Of a DNA stretch of 64,000 nucleotides, positions 12,536 through 26,228 are shown piece by piece. The DNA lies in the NCBI RefSeq assembly GCF_006345805.1, contig NC_043004.1, positions 18,414,001 through 18,478,000 on the forward strand, in the 5' to 3' direction. Under the pieces are notes generated by a model, which saw nothing but the letters and a program-made list of their open reading frames with translations, did no database searches and was not told where the DNA came from. The translations under genes and the position numbers were made by a program. This DNA is from Octopus sinensis (Eukaryota). The first letter of the stretch is position 1, and every line of letters starts with the position of its first letter.

Positions 12536-14275
12536 TATCATCATTATTGCTTAATGTCAGCTTTCCATGTTGGCATTGGTTGGATGGTTTGACTGAGGGC
12601 TGGTGAACCAGAAGGCTGCACCAAGATCCAATCTGATCTGGCAAAGTTTCTATAGCTGTATGCCCTTCCTAACACCAACCACTCCAAGAATGTAGTGGGT
12701 GCTTTTACATGTCACTGGCATGAGGGCCAGTCAGGCAGTACTGGCATTCACCACGCTCAAATGGTGCTTTTTACATGCCACCTGCAACGACCACACTTGG
12801 ATGGGGTTTTCTATGTGCCACTTCCACAGAAGCCAGTCAGGCAACACTGCTAACAATCACGCTCGAATGGTGCTTTTAACATTCTATGGCTACAGATGCC
12901 AATCAGATGGTACTGTCATTAGCCACAACACTGATTTTGATTTCACATGCCTCAACAGGTCTTAGAAAGCACATTTTATTGCCCAATGATTGATGGGTAC
13001 TCTTAAATGGACTGGTTATACAGCACTGGCATAGGCCATGGGTTATGGTCTCACTTGGCTTGCTGGGTCTTCCAAAACACAGCATATCTCTAAAGGTCTC
13101 AGTCACTAGCCATTGCCTTGGTGAGGCCCAATGTTCAAAGGTCATGCTTCACCACCTCATCCCAGGCCTTCCTGGGTCTACCTCTTCCACAGGTTCCCTC
13201 AACTGCTAGGATGTGACATTTTTTCACAGAGCTGTCCTCATCCATACACAGCATATGACCATACCAGTGCAGCCATCTCTCTTGCATACCACATCTGATG
13301 CATCTTATGCCTAACATTTCTCTCAGGGCACTTACACTCTATTGTGCATGCACACTGACATTACAAATCCAGCGGAGCATATTAGCTTCATTTCTTGTTT
13401 ACGCATGACCTCAGCAGTCATGGCCCATGTTTCACTGTCATGTAGCATGGCTGTTTGCACACGTGTCATACTCTGAGTGAGAGGTCCTTTGTTGCCAGCA
13501 GAGGTAGGAGCTCTCTGAACTTTGCCCAGGCTATTCTTATTCTAGCAGCTACACTCTCAGAACATTCACTGCCACTATTGACTTGGTCACTTAGGTAATG
13601 GAAACTATCAACTACTAGATTTTCTTCCTGGTATATGACAGAAGCTGTTCTCTGCCACATACAGAAACTATCTTCCCAGTTAGTCTTCCTTTGATATTGC
13701 TCCACCTCTTACGTGTCCATAGCTTACACTGGGTACATCTTATAGAGTTTCTACCTACAACTTTTCTACAGATCGAGCAGGGCCATCTACCTGAAGGGAT
13801 TTGTGGTTTGTCTGCTTTCCTACTTATTAGGACTTTAGTTTTAGCTAGGTTGACTCTAAGGCCCTTCAATTCTAATCCTTGCTTCCACACCTGAAACTTC
13901 TCCTCTAGTTCTGATAGTGACTCAGCTATTAGAGCAAGGTCATCAGCATAGAGAAGCTCCCAGAGCATCCTGTCTTGAATTCTTTAATTATTGCCCGGAG
14001 GACTATGATTAATAAAAGGGGGATGAGGACTGATCCTTGGTGGACCCCTACTATTACCTGGAATTCTTCAATGTACTTGTTGCCAACCCTCACTTTCTGA
14101 CAATATCCTTGTACATGGATTCTACAGTTCTCACTAACCACTTGTCTACCCCTAGTTTCCATATTGACCACCAGATAAGGGCTCAGGGGATCCTGTCAAA
14201 GGCTTTCTCCATGTCAATGAAAGACAAGTACCAAAGTTTACCAGAAATATAGCTCCTGTCAAACTGCCCTACCCA
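12536..14275 (-). mobile_element. RTE-clade LINE (RT and 3' UTR), decayed
   Basis: GVHQGSVL, WELLYADDL, GLRVNLAKTK, PCSICRK..CTQCKLW and RGRPRKAW. Confidence 0.9.
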
Positions 14276-14311
14276 TGCCAGTATGGCGGGCGGTCATTAA
14301 AAATAAATGAT

Positions 14312-14351
<40 letters not shown>

Positions 14352-15230
14352 GTATAAAGCTAATAAGCACACACATTTATATTTGCTTGAGTGTGTGTGT
14401 GTTTGTGTGTGTGTGAACATCATCATCCTCATCATTTAGCACCTGTATCTGCGTGCTGACATGGATTGCACAGATTGCATGCTTTGACAGGAGCTGACAG
14501 GTTAAAGGATTAAATCTTGTACGTAAAGTGCAATTTTTATCTGTCGATCTGTCTGTTACCATCTTGATGCCTACATCAGTGAATCAACCTTCACAAAACT
14601 TTGCATACATGTTAAACTAACATCCTGTTCAATTACAAGCTAATTGGATTTCAATAAAAATCTACAATGGGCTCCTTAGCAGGGGTTGGGCTATTATTTG
14701 ATAAAATGAGAAGGATGCAAAGAGTGTTAGTGTGAGGGAAATGTGGTGGCATAGTGAGTGTGGCTGATATCAGAGAAGAGGAGAACAGCATTGTTTAAGT
14801 GACAAATATGGAGTGGCTGTGGGATGGTAACATTAATACAGCTGTCATTCATGTATATACACGTGACACTGCATACATACATACTTTCATAAATACATAG
14901 ATGCGTGCACACATACACACACACACGCACATACACACACACTACATGCACACACATGCGCTTACACATAACTAACTTTTAAAATGCCGAAGAAGGGAAA
15001 GAAAGGTGGGTGTGCGGAATATGTAGTTTTAAGGGGAGAGGGGGTAGGTGGCTTATCTGCTGTCCATTGCAAAGAAACACTCACACACAGACACACATAC
15101 ACACACACACACACATACATACATACATACATACATACATACATACATACATACATAAATGCATACATACATATGCCTATTATACACAATTTTAAACTCA
15201 TGATTACCTGTGTGTACGTTTGTAAATGTG

Positions 15231-15264
<34 letters not shown>

Positions 15265-16946
15265 AGACGTCCTATAAATGTCTGTCTTTCTACTTTTGTA
15301 GGGTCCTCCCTATACTGTCACATATTGTGAAATTTTAAACTTATGTCAAAATTTCCAAATTGGATATTTTGAAATAATTTTCTACATTAAATTCAATTTC
15401 GTTATTTATTTGTTCCAGAAAAATAGCAGAAAAGTATTATTGAGGTTTAAGGTTTAATCAACTTTACCTAATCAGAAAACAGGATTCGGGAGCTAGCATT
15501 TTCTGCATGAAAGCTGTCTATCACAAAATGAAAGCAAAAAAATTATGAGGAGGATTTTTATTAAACACACGAAAGCAAGGCATCATGATTACCAAAGTTG
15601 TAAGAATTTCTGGAATTTTAATAAGTTTTAATGAATAAAGTCTTGTCAAATGGTAGGATAGGCAAGTAAATAATTTAAAAAGGAAAAAATCCGTAACAAA
15701 ATTTTTTTGAGAAAAATTGCACAACTTCTGATCAAGAAGCTGATCTGTCAGAGAAGGCATGATCTGACATGGAAATTAACAAAAATTTATATAAGACGGT
15801 TTTCACCAAAAGATCCTTTTCGTAGAGATCATTCATCTGCAGTAAATTTCGAAAACGAAATAGCTTTGAAAGCAGCTTAGATCGGCTAAATACCCTTAGA
15901 AAAAAGGAAAAAAGTGGTTAGCAAGCCGGTTAAATTAAGACACCTATAACATAAGAAACCTTATATAACGCTAAATATCTTAAAATGAAAATATTTGAAT
16001 TCGTTAAAATGATCATCTTTTCGTCACTTCAAGCCACACCATTTTTTTAATCCTTAATATTTTTTGACGAAATTTTCACCGTAAGTTTCACAATTATTGA
16101 ATAATTTTCTTTTATAATAGCTGAGATATTTTGATTCAAAGTCAGTATTGGTGGTTATTTAACATTTTGTTGTCACTTTAAGCTACGTAACTTTTATCGT
16201 AGCAAATACTTTTCAACGGGGTTTTCACCGAAAGATTCTTCTCAATGAATACATTTTTAAAACCCAATTAATCAATACTTTTCTTTTAAATAAAATAACG
16301 GAGAAATTTTCATTCAAAGTAAATCTATTGCCTTACTCTCCCATTTTTGACCTCATATTTTGACCTAACTTTTTTTTTAATGAACCAAATTTCAATTATT
16401 TTATCTCAAAATGTATTTTAGGACTGGACCATCATTGCTAAGAAAATCGCATTCATTTTGGTTGAGAATTTGGTAATGAAGCTTAAAATTGCTCGCGAGT
16501 AACTAAAAGCTGACCTTAAGATTCACCCACTAACAGGGGTGAATGTTGTGTGTGTGTGTGTGTGTGTGTAAAACGCCAAATTCCACATCGTTTTCCTATT
16601 GGCTGTTATTTCTTTTTCTCTCTCAATGCAGGAATGCGGATGGAGATAACAGTGGCAGTAAGTATTAAGAGAGGTGAAAGGGAAAGAATGTGTTATAAAA
16701 TCTGTTGGATTAGCTACGTAAATAAACAATTGGAAGTGAGGAAGACAGTAACAAGCGGCAGTAAACCAATAATCGAGATGAGCAGTGAGAGAAAATAGAG
16801 AGAAATATATTAGTAAAGGTGGAAGATAACGCTAGTTGAACAGATGGACAACGTGAAAAGAAGAAAGATGTAGCTGTATACTATAGAGGGGATATAAGAA
16901 ATGAAACGTGATATGTAATGTAGAAGGAGAAAGCAGTGGGTATGTT

Positions 16947-16988
<42 letters not shown>

Positions 16989-17228
16989 AGAGGCAGATAA
17001 AAGAAACACTTAAAAAGAGAGATGAATTAGCTACATAAGTGGAATATCGACAGTGTGGGAACAGAGAGAAAAGAGACATGGAGAAAGAGAGAATAGAAGG
17101 TAGACGCAAAGATATATATATATATATATATATATAATAATTATTTGAGGGAATATTAATCCAAACTTACAGGGAAAAAAATTCAATTTAGAAATACTAA
17201 ATCAAATTTCACACAATATAATATATAT

Positions 17229-17262
<34 letters not shown>

Positions 17263-17629
17263 CTAGCAGTATCGCCCGGCGTTGCTCAGGTTTGTAAGGG
17301 AAATAACTATAAAGCATTTTTAGAAAGTTATAGCCAAAAAATAGCAAAAAAATGGAAAAAAAATGATGGTAAATTTCTTTTGAGAGTTAAAAAAGGTGGA
17401 GTTGCGTCCCCTAGACGGTCTGTGGTTTGGGTTTCTGATTCTCGACCCCATGTCGAATTTATCGATTTTTTTCAGAACTGGGGGAACTTTTCAAAATTTT
17501 CGCTGCGTTAGTTTTGAATTATGACATTGGGCTATGTGTGTGTCAAGTTTCATCAGAATCGGTTGAAAGCCGTGGTCAGAGTGAGGCTACGAGAAAACAG
17601 ACACACAGAAAACGCACAGACAAACTGCC

Positions 17630-17667
<38 letters not shown>

Positions 17668-18021
17668 GGCAGTTTGTCTGTGTGTGTTTCTGTGTGTCTG
17701 TTAGCTTGTACCCTCACCCTGACCACGGCTTTCAACTGATTCTGATGAAACTTGAGACACACATAGCCCAATGTCATAATTCAAAACTAACACAGCGAAA
17801 ATTTTGAAAAGTTCCCCCAGTTCTGAAAAAAATCGATAAATTCGACATGGGGTCGAGAATCAGAAACACAAACCATAGACTGTCTAGGGGACGCAACTCA
17901 ACCTTTTTAACTAAAAAAAAAATTTACCATAATTTTTTTTCCATTTTTTGGCTATAACTCTCTAAAAATGCTTTATAGTTATTTCCCTTACAAACCCGAG
18001 CAACGCCGGGCGATACTGCTA

Positions 18022-18022
<1 letters not shown>
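17263..18022. mobile_element. Two non-autonomous Helitrons head-to-head across a (TA)n tract
   Basis: Each arm ends in hairpin cccgagcaacgccggg, spacer and CTAG followed by T. The arms are inverted, slightly diverged copies. Confidence 0.85.
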
Positions 18023-18080
<58 letters not shown>

Positions 18081-18232
18081 AAATTAAAAAAAACCCACCT
18101 TTTATCAATTCAAAATGAAGAATTAAATTACACCATCTAGAAAATTACATATGATAGAAATATTAAAATTAAAATAACAATACCAATGATTAAGTAAATT
18201 GCAAAAAAAATAATAATAACGTATATAATTGG

Positions 18233-18265
<33 letters not shown>

Positions 18266-18280
18266 TATATATATGAAGGA

Positions 18281-18311
<31 letters not shown>

Positions 18312-18660
18312 GGGAGAGAGACAGAAGTAACAAGCGTCATCTATGAAACAAGCTTAGTTGTTAGGCAAATAGACAATGAAATTTGGAGATAAATGAAGAG
18401 AGCGTGAGAGAAGAGTAGAGGTTGAAAGAAGAAAAATAGAGCTGTACAATAGAGTGGAGATAGAGCAAGAAAGGCATAGTGAGTGGAAATTAGAAATAAT
18501 AACAGATAGATAGATAGAAAAAGAGAGGAAAATGGATGTATGATGTCGAAATGTGGGGAAAAAATTTTCGTTTCTACTCTAGGTACAAGGCCCATAAATG
18601 TTTGGGGAGGGGCCGGCTGATTAGATCGATCTCAGTTCACAACTGGTACTTGATTTATCA

Positions 18661-18962
18661 AGGCGGCGAGCCGGCAGACTCGTTAGCATGCCGGGCGAAG
18701 TGCTTAGCGGTATTTCGTCTGCCACTACGTTCTGAGTTCAAATTCCGCCGAGGTCGACTTTGCCTTTCATCCTTTCGGGGTCGATTAAATATGTACCAGT
18801 GACGCACTGGAGCCGATATAATCGACTTAATCCGTTTGTCTGTCCTTGTTCATCCCATCTGTGTTTAGCCCCTTGTGGATAGTAAAGAAATAGGTACTTG
18901 ATTTATCGACCCCGAAAGGATGAAAGGCAAAGTCGACCTTGGCGGAATTTGAACCCAGAACA
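18661..18962 (+). mobile_element. tRNA-derived SINE family D with an inverted partial copy
   Basis: Head ggcggcgagccggcag...gttcaaattcc. 18892-18962 is the reverse complement of about 18725-18800. Confidence 0.85.
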
Positions 18963-19020
18963 TAAAGGAAAAGATAGCGGCTGCGTTTCAGTGAGAGAAA
19001 CAAAATGGAAGTGTACATAT

Positions 19021-19432
19021 AGGCGTAGGAGTGGCTGTGTGGTAAGTAGCTTGTTTACCGACCACATGGTTCTGGGTTCAGTCCCACTACGTGGCACCTT
19101 GGGCAAGTGTCTTCTACTATAGCCTCGGGCCGACCAAAGCCTTGTGAGTGGATTTGGTAGATGGAAACTGAAAGAAGCCCGTCGTATATATGTATATATA
19201 TATATGTATGTGTGTGTTTGTGTGTCTGTGTTTGTCCTCCCAACATCGCTTGACAACCGATGCTGGTGTGTCCCCGTTACTTAGCGGTTCGGCAAAAGAG
19301 ACCGATAGAATAAGTACTGGGCTTACAAAAGAATAAGACCCGGGGTCGAGTTGCTCGATTAAAGGCGGTGCTTCAGCATGGCCGCAGTCAAATGACTGAA
19401 ACTAGTAAAAGAGTAAAAGAGTAAAAAGAGTA
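19021..19432 (+). mobile_element. SINE family A, full length
   Basis: A box gtggctgtgtgg, B-box-like ggttcagtccc, internal microsatellite and (gtaaaaga)n tail. Confidence 0.92.
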
Positions 19433-20193
19433 TATAAATAGAGTGGGGAATAGGAAAGGAGAGTGAAGTTGTGACAGGGAAAACTTAGGAAGTGTAGATG
19501 CGATTTTTTAAAACTACAACTGCTAAATGGAAGTCAAACGGACGAAGAAATTCTTAGTCATAGAGAAATGGCTTCGCGTCGAACTTCAAAATGTAGAGAA
19601 AGATTACCAAAAAGAAAAACAAAAGACGAAAAAGCAATGTACGATGTGAAATAGCAAGAAATGCAGCAAATCACAGGAAAAACAGAAAAAACTGAAAATA
19701 CAGAAGTAAAGCTCGAATTAAAAAATGAAATATGTTAAGGAGACAAAATGAAATGCGATGAAAATGAAGCATTAACAATTCCTGAAAAGAGACAGAAAAC
19801 CATCTTTTTGACGTTGTGTGTGTGTGTGTGTGCGCGTGTGCGTGTGTGTTGTGTGTTGTGTGTGTTATGTATGTTGTGTGTGTAACGCCCATAAACAAGG
19901 TTAGTTGTATATCACACTGCTGCCGCTATTGTGTTAGTCTAGAAACTTGCAGAGATGTCATAGAGTGATTTTGAAACAATTTTCGCATTATTTTAAAGTT
20001 TTTTTTTTATATTTCATATGTATTCGCTGTGTCCTTTTAAAGATTTTGTTTATTATTTCATAGTTCTCCAGTTGAACATAAGTCCACTTTGAAGTTTTAA
20101 CCCTCTTCCTGTAAAGATATATCAATCATAACCTAGTAGACAGTTTCAACGCATCACTATTATTCGCCGAAATATTTTTGTCTTTAAACTCAC

Positions 20194-20437
20194 TTACTCT
20201 TTACTCTTTTACTCTTTTACTTGTTTCAGTCATTTGACTGCGGCCATGCTGGAGCACCGCCTTTAGTCGAGCAAATTGACCCCGGGACTTATTCTTTGTA
20301 AGCCCAGGACTTATTCTATCTGTCTCTTTTAGCCGAACCGCTAAGTGACGGGGACGTAAACACATCAGCATCGGTTGTCAAGCAATGCTAGGGGGACAAA
20401 CACAGACAACAAACACACACACACATTCATATATATA

Positions 20438-20476
<39 letters not shown>

Positions 20477-20632
20477 TACGACAGGCTTTTCAGTTTCCGT
20501 CTACCAATCCACTCACAAGGCATTGGTCGGCCGGGGCTATAGCAGAAGACACTTGCCCAAGATGCCACGCTGTGGGACTGAACCCGGAACCATGTGGTTG
20601 GTTAGCAAGCTACTTACCACACAGCCACTCCT
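20194..20632 (-). mobile_element. SINE family A, full length
   Basis: Reverse complement of the 19021 copy. Confidence 0.92.
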
Positions 20633-21507
20633 GCACTTGTAAGGAATTAGTAACAATGGTACACCGCTCCAACGTGACGAATGGAATAACCTAGTCACTA
20701 TAGGTAAAGAGAAGTACGTGAAGTACCAGAGTACATAGTAGGCGGTCAGAGATAGTCGTGTCTTTACTGGTTTTACTAAGTATACTGTATACCGAAGTAG
20801 GTGTTATAACAATCCAACATTTTAAGAATTATAACATCACTTGATTTTTTTTCTTAATATAGTTGAGTGGTTTCCGATATCTGTTATTTTATCAAATTAA
20901 ACTAAAAATATCCATGACGAATATTATTTCGTCTGAATATTATTTCGAGACGACAAGACGTAGTAGTTCTCTTGACCCTAAAATTTATATTTGTATAACG
21001 CAGAGTCGCACTTCTAGAATAAGCCTAGAATCTCAGTGTAGAGATTTCGACCGGTTTTAATCTCTCTCAACACATAGCTATGGTGATCCTCTACTACTCC
21101 TGCTTATGATCAGAGATGCACATATTTTCAGCCACTAAAGGACATGCTCAAGCGGTTAAGGCCAGCAACTGATAAGCAATTCTGTGGTAATGAGCAGGAT
21201 ATTTTTTTATAACGATATTACTGCTTCAGTAACTCACGCTGAATCTGACTGAACTGTAATGGAAAATAGGTCAGTTTCAAATCATTGATGTTCAGGTCAC
21301 AAAAGCAAAGTTTGAATGGAATAGTAGTCACTTCCTTTGATTTCTAGATAGAAGCAAATAGGAAATAACACTGACCAAAGACAAAAAGAAAAAGAAAAAA
21401 GAAAAGTGATTTAGATAGCATAATTGTTTTGTTCAAATAGTATTTATATTTTCTCACTAGTTACATGTGATATCAATGACTGTTTGTTTCCTATAGAATT
21501 ACATTTA

Positions 21508-21890
21508 AGGCGGTGAGCTGGCAGAAACGCTAGCACGCCGGGCGAAATGCTTAGCAGTATTTCGTCTGCCGCTACGTTCTAAGTTCAAATTCCGCCAAGG
21601 TCGACTTTGCCTCTCATCCTTTCGGGGTCGATAAATTAAGTACCAGTTACGCACTGGGATCGATATAATCGACTTAATCCGTTTGTCTGTCCTTTTTTGC
21701 CCCCTCTGTGTTTAGCCCCTTGTGGGTAGTAAAGAAATAGGTATTTCGTTTGCCGTTACGTTCTGAGTTCAAATTCCTTTCGGGGTCGATAAATTAAGTA
21801 CCATTTACGCACTGGGGTCGATGTAATCGACTTAATACCTTTATTTGTCCTCTCTATGTTTAGCGCTTTTGTGGGCAATAAAGAAATAAG
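21508..21890 (+). mobile_element. SINE family D with internal duplication
   Basis: Same head and body as 18661. The body is repeated at about 21740-21890. Confidence 0.85.
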
Positions 21891-22395
21891 AATTACATTG
21901 TTTAAATGATTGATCGCTTCGTCATTATATATCTTTTCGATTACCCGGAATTTCTTCCTAAGTTGGAGCTAACGTATAAAATTGATTTGAACACTTATTG
22001 TATGTACCTATTATTTTTACATCATTTGACATACTATTACTCGTAATACATACACACTCACACCCCTACGTATATATGAAAATGCTACTGCTATTGCTGT
22101 GTGAAGAGCCTAAGATCGCGAGTCATTATAAGGTACAAGACTAGGACCACGAGAAGTTAATGGCTGATGTTGAATGTTTCTCTGAGATATTGGGTATGCA
22201 ATGCTTAAGTCTAGAGAATTTAACGTTAAATTTTGTTGATTAGTGGAGGCATGAGTAAATTGTTAGTGGAACCCCACAAGTTAGTTTCTTAGTTGTTGGG
22301 TTGAGATAAACATTAAACTGAGTGGAAAACAATCACAACTGTGATAGTGTTTGAGTGGAACCGAATGACCATATATTTGTCATACTGGGAGCAGA

Positions 22396-23145
22396 GTTCA
22401 ATTCAATTCAATTTTTATTGGCTCAAAAAGCAAAAGCAAGGCCATGTAGGGGGACAGGGAGTTATGTACAGGGAGGGTGGTCATACAAAGAGTTCAGGCC
22501 ATTTCTGGTCAAGAGCGACTTTGAACCGAGCGGTCGTCGGCATCTTCACTATCTCGTCCGGCAGCTAATTCCACAGATCCGCAACCCGGACAGAGAAAGC
22601 TCCTCTCCTTCGATTGAGATGAAATCGTCGTAGATAGAGCTTTTCGGAGTGACCCCGCAGCCCACGTTCTGGAGCAGGAATGAAGAACAGCTCTTTCGAG
22701 ACGTTACACTTTCCGCTTATGATGTTGTGAGCGAGAATGAGATCACTACGGCGTCGTCGTTTTTCTAGAGAATAAAGGTCAAGCGTCTTCAGCCTTTCTT
22801 CATACGACAAATGCTTGAGACCAAGAACCATGCGGGTAGCCAGCTTCTGGACTCTTTCGAGATGATGTATGTCTTTGAGGAAATAAGGAGAAGAGGCTTG
22901 AATCCCGTACTCCAATATGGGTCTCACCAGCGTGACATAGAGCGGTAGGAATATGGCTGCTGTGATCATTCCTTATGGCCGTCGAATCAAAAACAGAATT
23001 CCGCGTGCTTTGTTGGCAGCATGGACGCATTGGACCGAAGACGAAAAGGAAGAATCTACCAAGATACCCAGGTCCTTTACTTGGTCGGTCTTCTCCGGCA
23101 GCAGACGACCCGGCTCGAAATCAAGTTGAGTTGCAGGAGAGGAGT
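22396..23145 (-). mobile_element. CR1-clade LINE 3' end (young, CpG-rich)
   Basis: VKDLGILVD, LVRPILEY, LERVQKLATRMV, LSYEERL, FSVRVADLWN and an (aattg)n tail. Confidence 0.92.
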
Positions 23146-23958
23146 TGGTGTGATTGTTGGGACCACTGTCAGAGTGATTGTAAAAGAAAAATCGATGTAA
23201 GAGTGTTTATTTTGTGAAACAAAACATCTCTTATCATAAGCGTTTTCAATTGTGGTTGTATGGTTTAACAGCTTCTGCAAAGTGTGCTTGTAAAGTACCG
23301 AGAAGTAAGTCAAGTATTAATTTCAGACATAAAATATATTGTATGTAGTGAGTAGAATATGAAAATGTGGCAGAAACTTCTTAAACACGTATTTAAGCGT
23401 GAAAGTTAGCGAGCTTTTGCTGTTAGACAAAAGGTGGCGCTTATGTACGTGAACGTCTTTGATTGCGTTAGGGATGACTCAAGCAGTGTTTCAAGAAATT
23501 ATTTTGGCAGTGATTTCGTTCGTCTCTGAAAAAGACAGAAGAAATTCTTCACGATGGCATTTTAGCTTGTGTCAGGCCTAATTATATTAAAATAGTACAG
23601 TTCATAGGAATATTTGTGAAATGAACTTAAAAGTGTTTTAGAAAGCTACAACAATGGAAGTGAAAGGAAGCAAAAGCAAAAATCTACACTTTCTTGTAAA
23701 AAATTTATACTCTCTCTCGCTCTTTCTTTCTGTATATGGTGTTGACATACATTCATAGCTGCGTGAACACATACATGCGTATATATAATATACATATATA
23801 TATGTATATATATATATGCGTATATACATTATATTATATATATGTATATATATATGCGTATATATATATATACATATATATATGTATATATATATATGCG
23901 TATATACATATATATATATTATGTATATATATATATGCGTATATATATATATACTATA

Positions 23959-24004
<46 letters not shown>

Positions 24005-24329
24005 TATATATTATATATATATATATAGTATATTTGTGTGTGTGGTGTGTGTTGTGTGTGTGTGTTTGTGAAGTTCAGAGATCGGGTATATATATATATA
24101 TATACCCGATCTCTGAACTTCACAAACACAGACGTTAATCTTATATCGTGTGACTGGAAACCATGACTTTGAAAAATATCTCAAACTCCTGCTCTGGATC
24201 GGACACTGGTCACAAACTGCAGTAAAAGAGGATGCGGGATTGTGCTATAGTTGACAGAGCAGCCTCTTAAATCCTCGCCCATAGTGTCCACACACGCGCC
24301 CGCACGCACACATGAGATGCATGCATACA

Positions 24330-24495
24330 TACAACATCGCTTGACCACCGATGGTGGCGTGTTTACATCCCTGTAACCTAGCCGTTCGGCAAAAGATACC
24401 GATAGAATAAGTACTAGGCTTATAAAGAATAAGTCCTGGGGTCGATTTGCTCGACTAAAGACGGTGCTCCAGGATGGAGTAAATGAATAAAAGAA
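24330..24495 (+). mobile_element. SINE family A, 3' fragment
   Basis: catcgcttgacc...ccgatagaataagtact core. Confidence 0.8.
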
Positions 24496-25234
24496 TATGT
24501 GTGTGTTCGTAACACAAACTACGTGCGCACACAGACTCACATTCATATTAGTGCAGATCTATCTTTACATCTGTTTCAAGAATGATTGCGTAATATGCGC
24601 AGTTCTCTTAATGTTGCCTGCATCAATCTTTTCTGTTTAGGTGGCATCCTATCGCTTCTTCGGAAGAGACGAGTCAGATTTAGAGAAGTGAACATAGAGG
24701 CAGATTTATTAAAGACCTAAAACTAGATACGTGGATAACATATGTGTTTATATAGATAAGAGGGTGAGAGGAGATGATACGAGAAGGATGAGACGATAAG
24801 TATAACGGTGAAGTAGAGAAAATGAGTCAGGCGTTATTAGTTCGGCCAATCTATAAGGAGAGTAAGAAAGAACCTAAAGATGACCGGAGAAGAAGCATAT
24901 TAAGAGATAATGTATGTATTCACAGGAGCTATCTGCGTAGTAAAGTCAAGACAAATGGCCAGTGTTTGATAGATGGGATAGAGAACGGGTTTAAAAGTTA
25001 AGGAAGAAGAGAGAGGAAGAAAATAAAGAATGCTGCAATAAGAATTTGCAGATGTCATAGTAAAATGCACTTCCAATTTAGTTTTCCGACTCATAAATAT
25101 ACAGACATCTGGGAAATGTCGAATTAATGAACATTGCAATTTATAATGGATAACAAATTATCAAATATAGCCTCAGGATATGAAATAGATTTGAGAGATT
25201 TGCATGTATTGATTGCAGACAACTATAATTAGTC

Positions 25235-25268
<34 letters not shown>

Positions 25269-25617
25269 ACGTTCTTCCCTTCTCTACTTTCAACACGGTC
25301 TGTTTTCTTACACTCTTCTTTTTTTTCGTTACCCCTCCTTTAGGACATTTTCCTTGCCTTACTCAGATATTCGTGTCATCTTATAACCGCAAAACTTTAT
25401 TTGTTGTTGTTGTATTTCGGAATGGTCATTTTGCCAGTTTAGCCAATAAAAACACACGCACTATATATTTGGTGTTACTTTGCTTCAGGGTTATTTATTT
25501 TTTACATTAATCTTAATCTTATTTCGGCCAGAGTTCTTTCGTCACACTCCTGTGACCGCATCAGTGGTCCTTTGCTTTCTTCTTTCTTATTTGTGTCTCT
25601 CTCCTTACTAACCGTGA

Positions 25618-25690
<73 letters not shown>

Positions 25691-25728
25691 ATAACAGACC
25701 GTGTTGAAAGTAGAGAAGGGAAAAACGT

Positions 25729-25807
<79 letters not shown>

Positions 25808-26228
25808 AATTATAGTTGTCTGCAATCAATACATGCAAATCTCTCAAATTTATTTCATATCCTGAGGCTATATTTGATAATTTGTTATCCATTATAAATA
25901 ACAATGTTCATTAATTCGACATTTCCCAGATGTCTGTATATTCATGAGTCGGAAAACTAAGACCAACTGCTGGTCTTCCATAAACAACCTTGCCCGGACT
26001 TGTGTCTAGGAGGGTAACTTTCTAGGTGCAATCCTATGGTCATTCATGACCGAAGGGGGCCTTTACCCTTTATATATATATATATACACACACACCAATC
26101 ACATGGTTTCGGGTTCAGTCCCAGTGCGTGGCACCTTGGCAAGTGTCTTTTACTTTAGCCTCGGCACGACCAAAGCCTTGTGAGTGGATTTGGTTGATGG
26201 AAACTGAAAGAAGCCCGTCGTGTATGTA

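Noticed and set aside
19021-19100. tRNA-like sequences at SINE heads (also 34660 and 51832)
   Set aside because: They have A/B boxes but no full cloverleaf, and continue into SINE bodies. Not tRNA genes.
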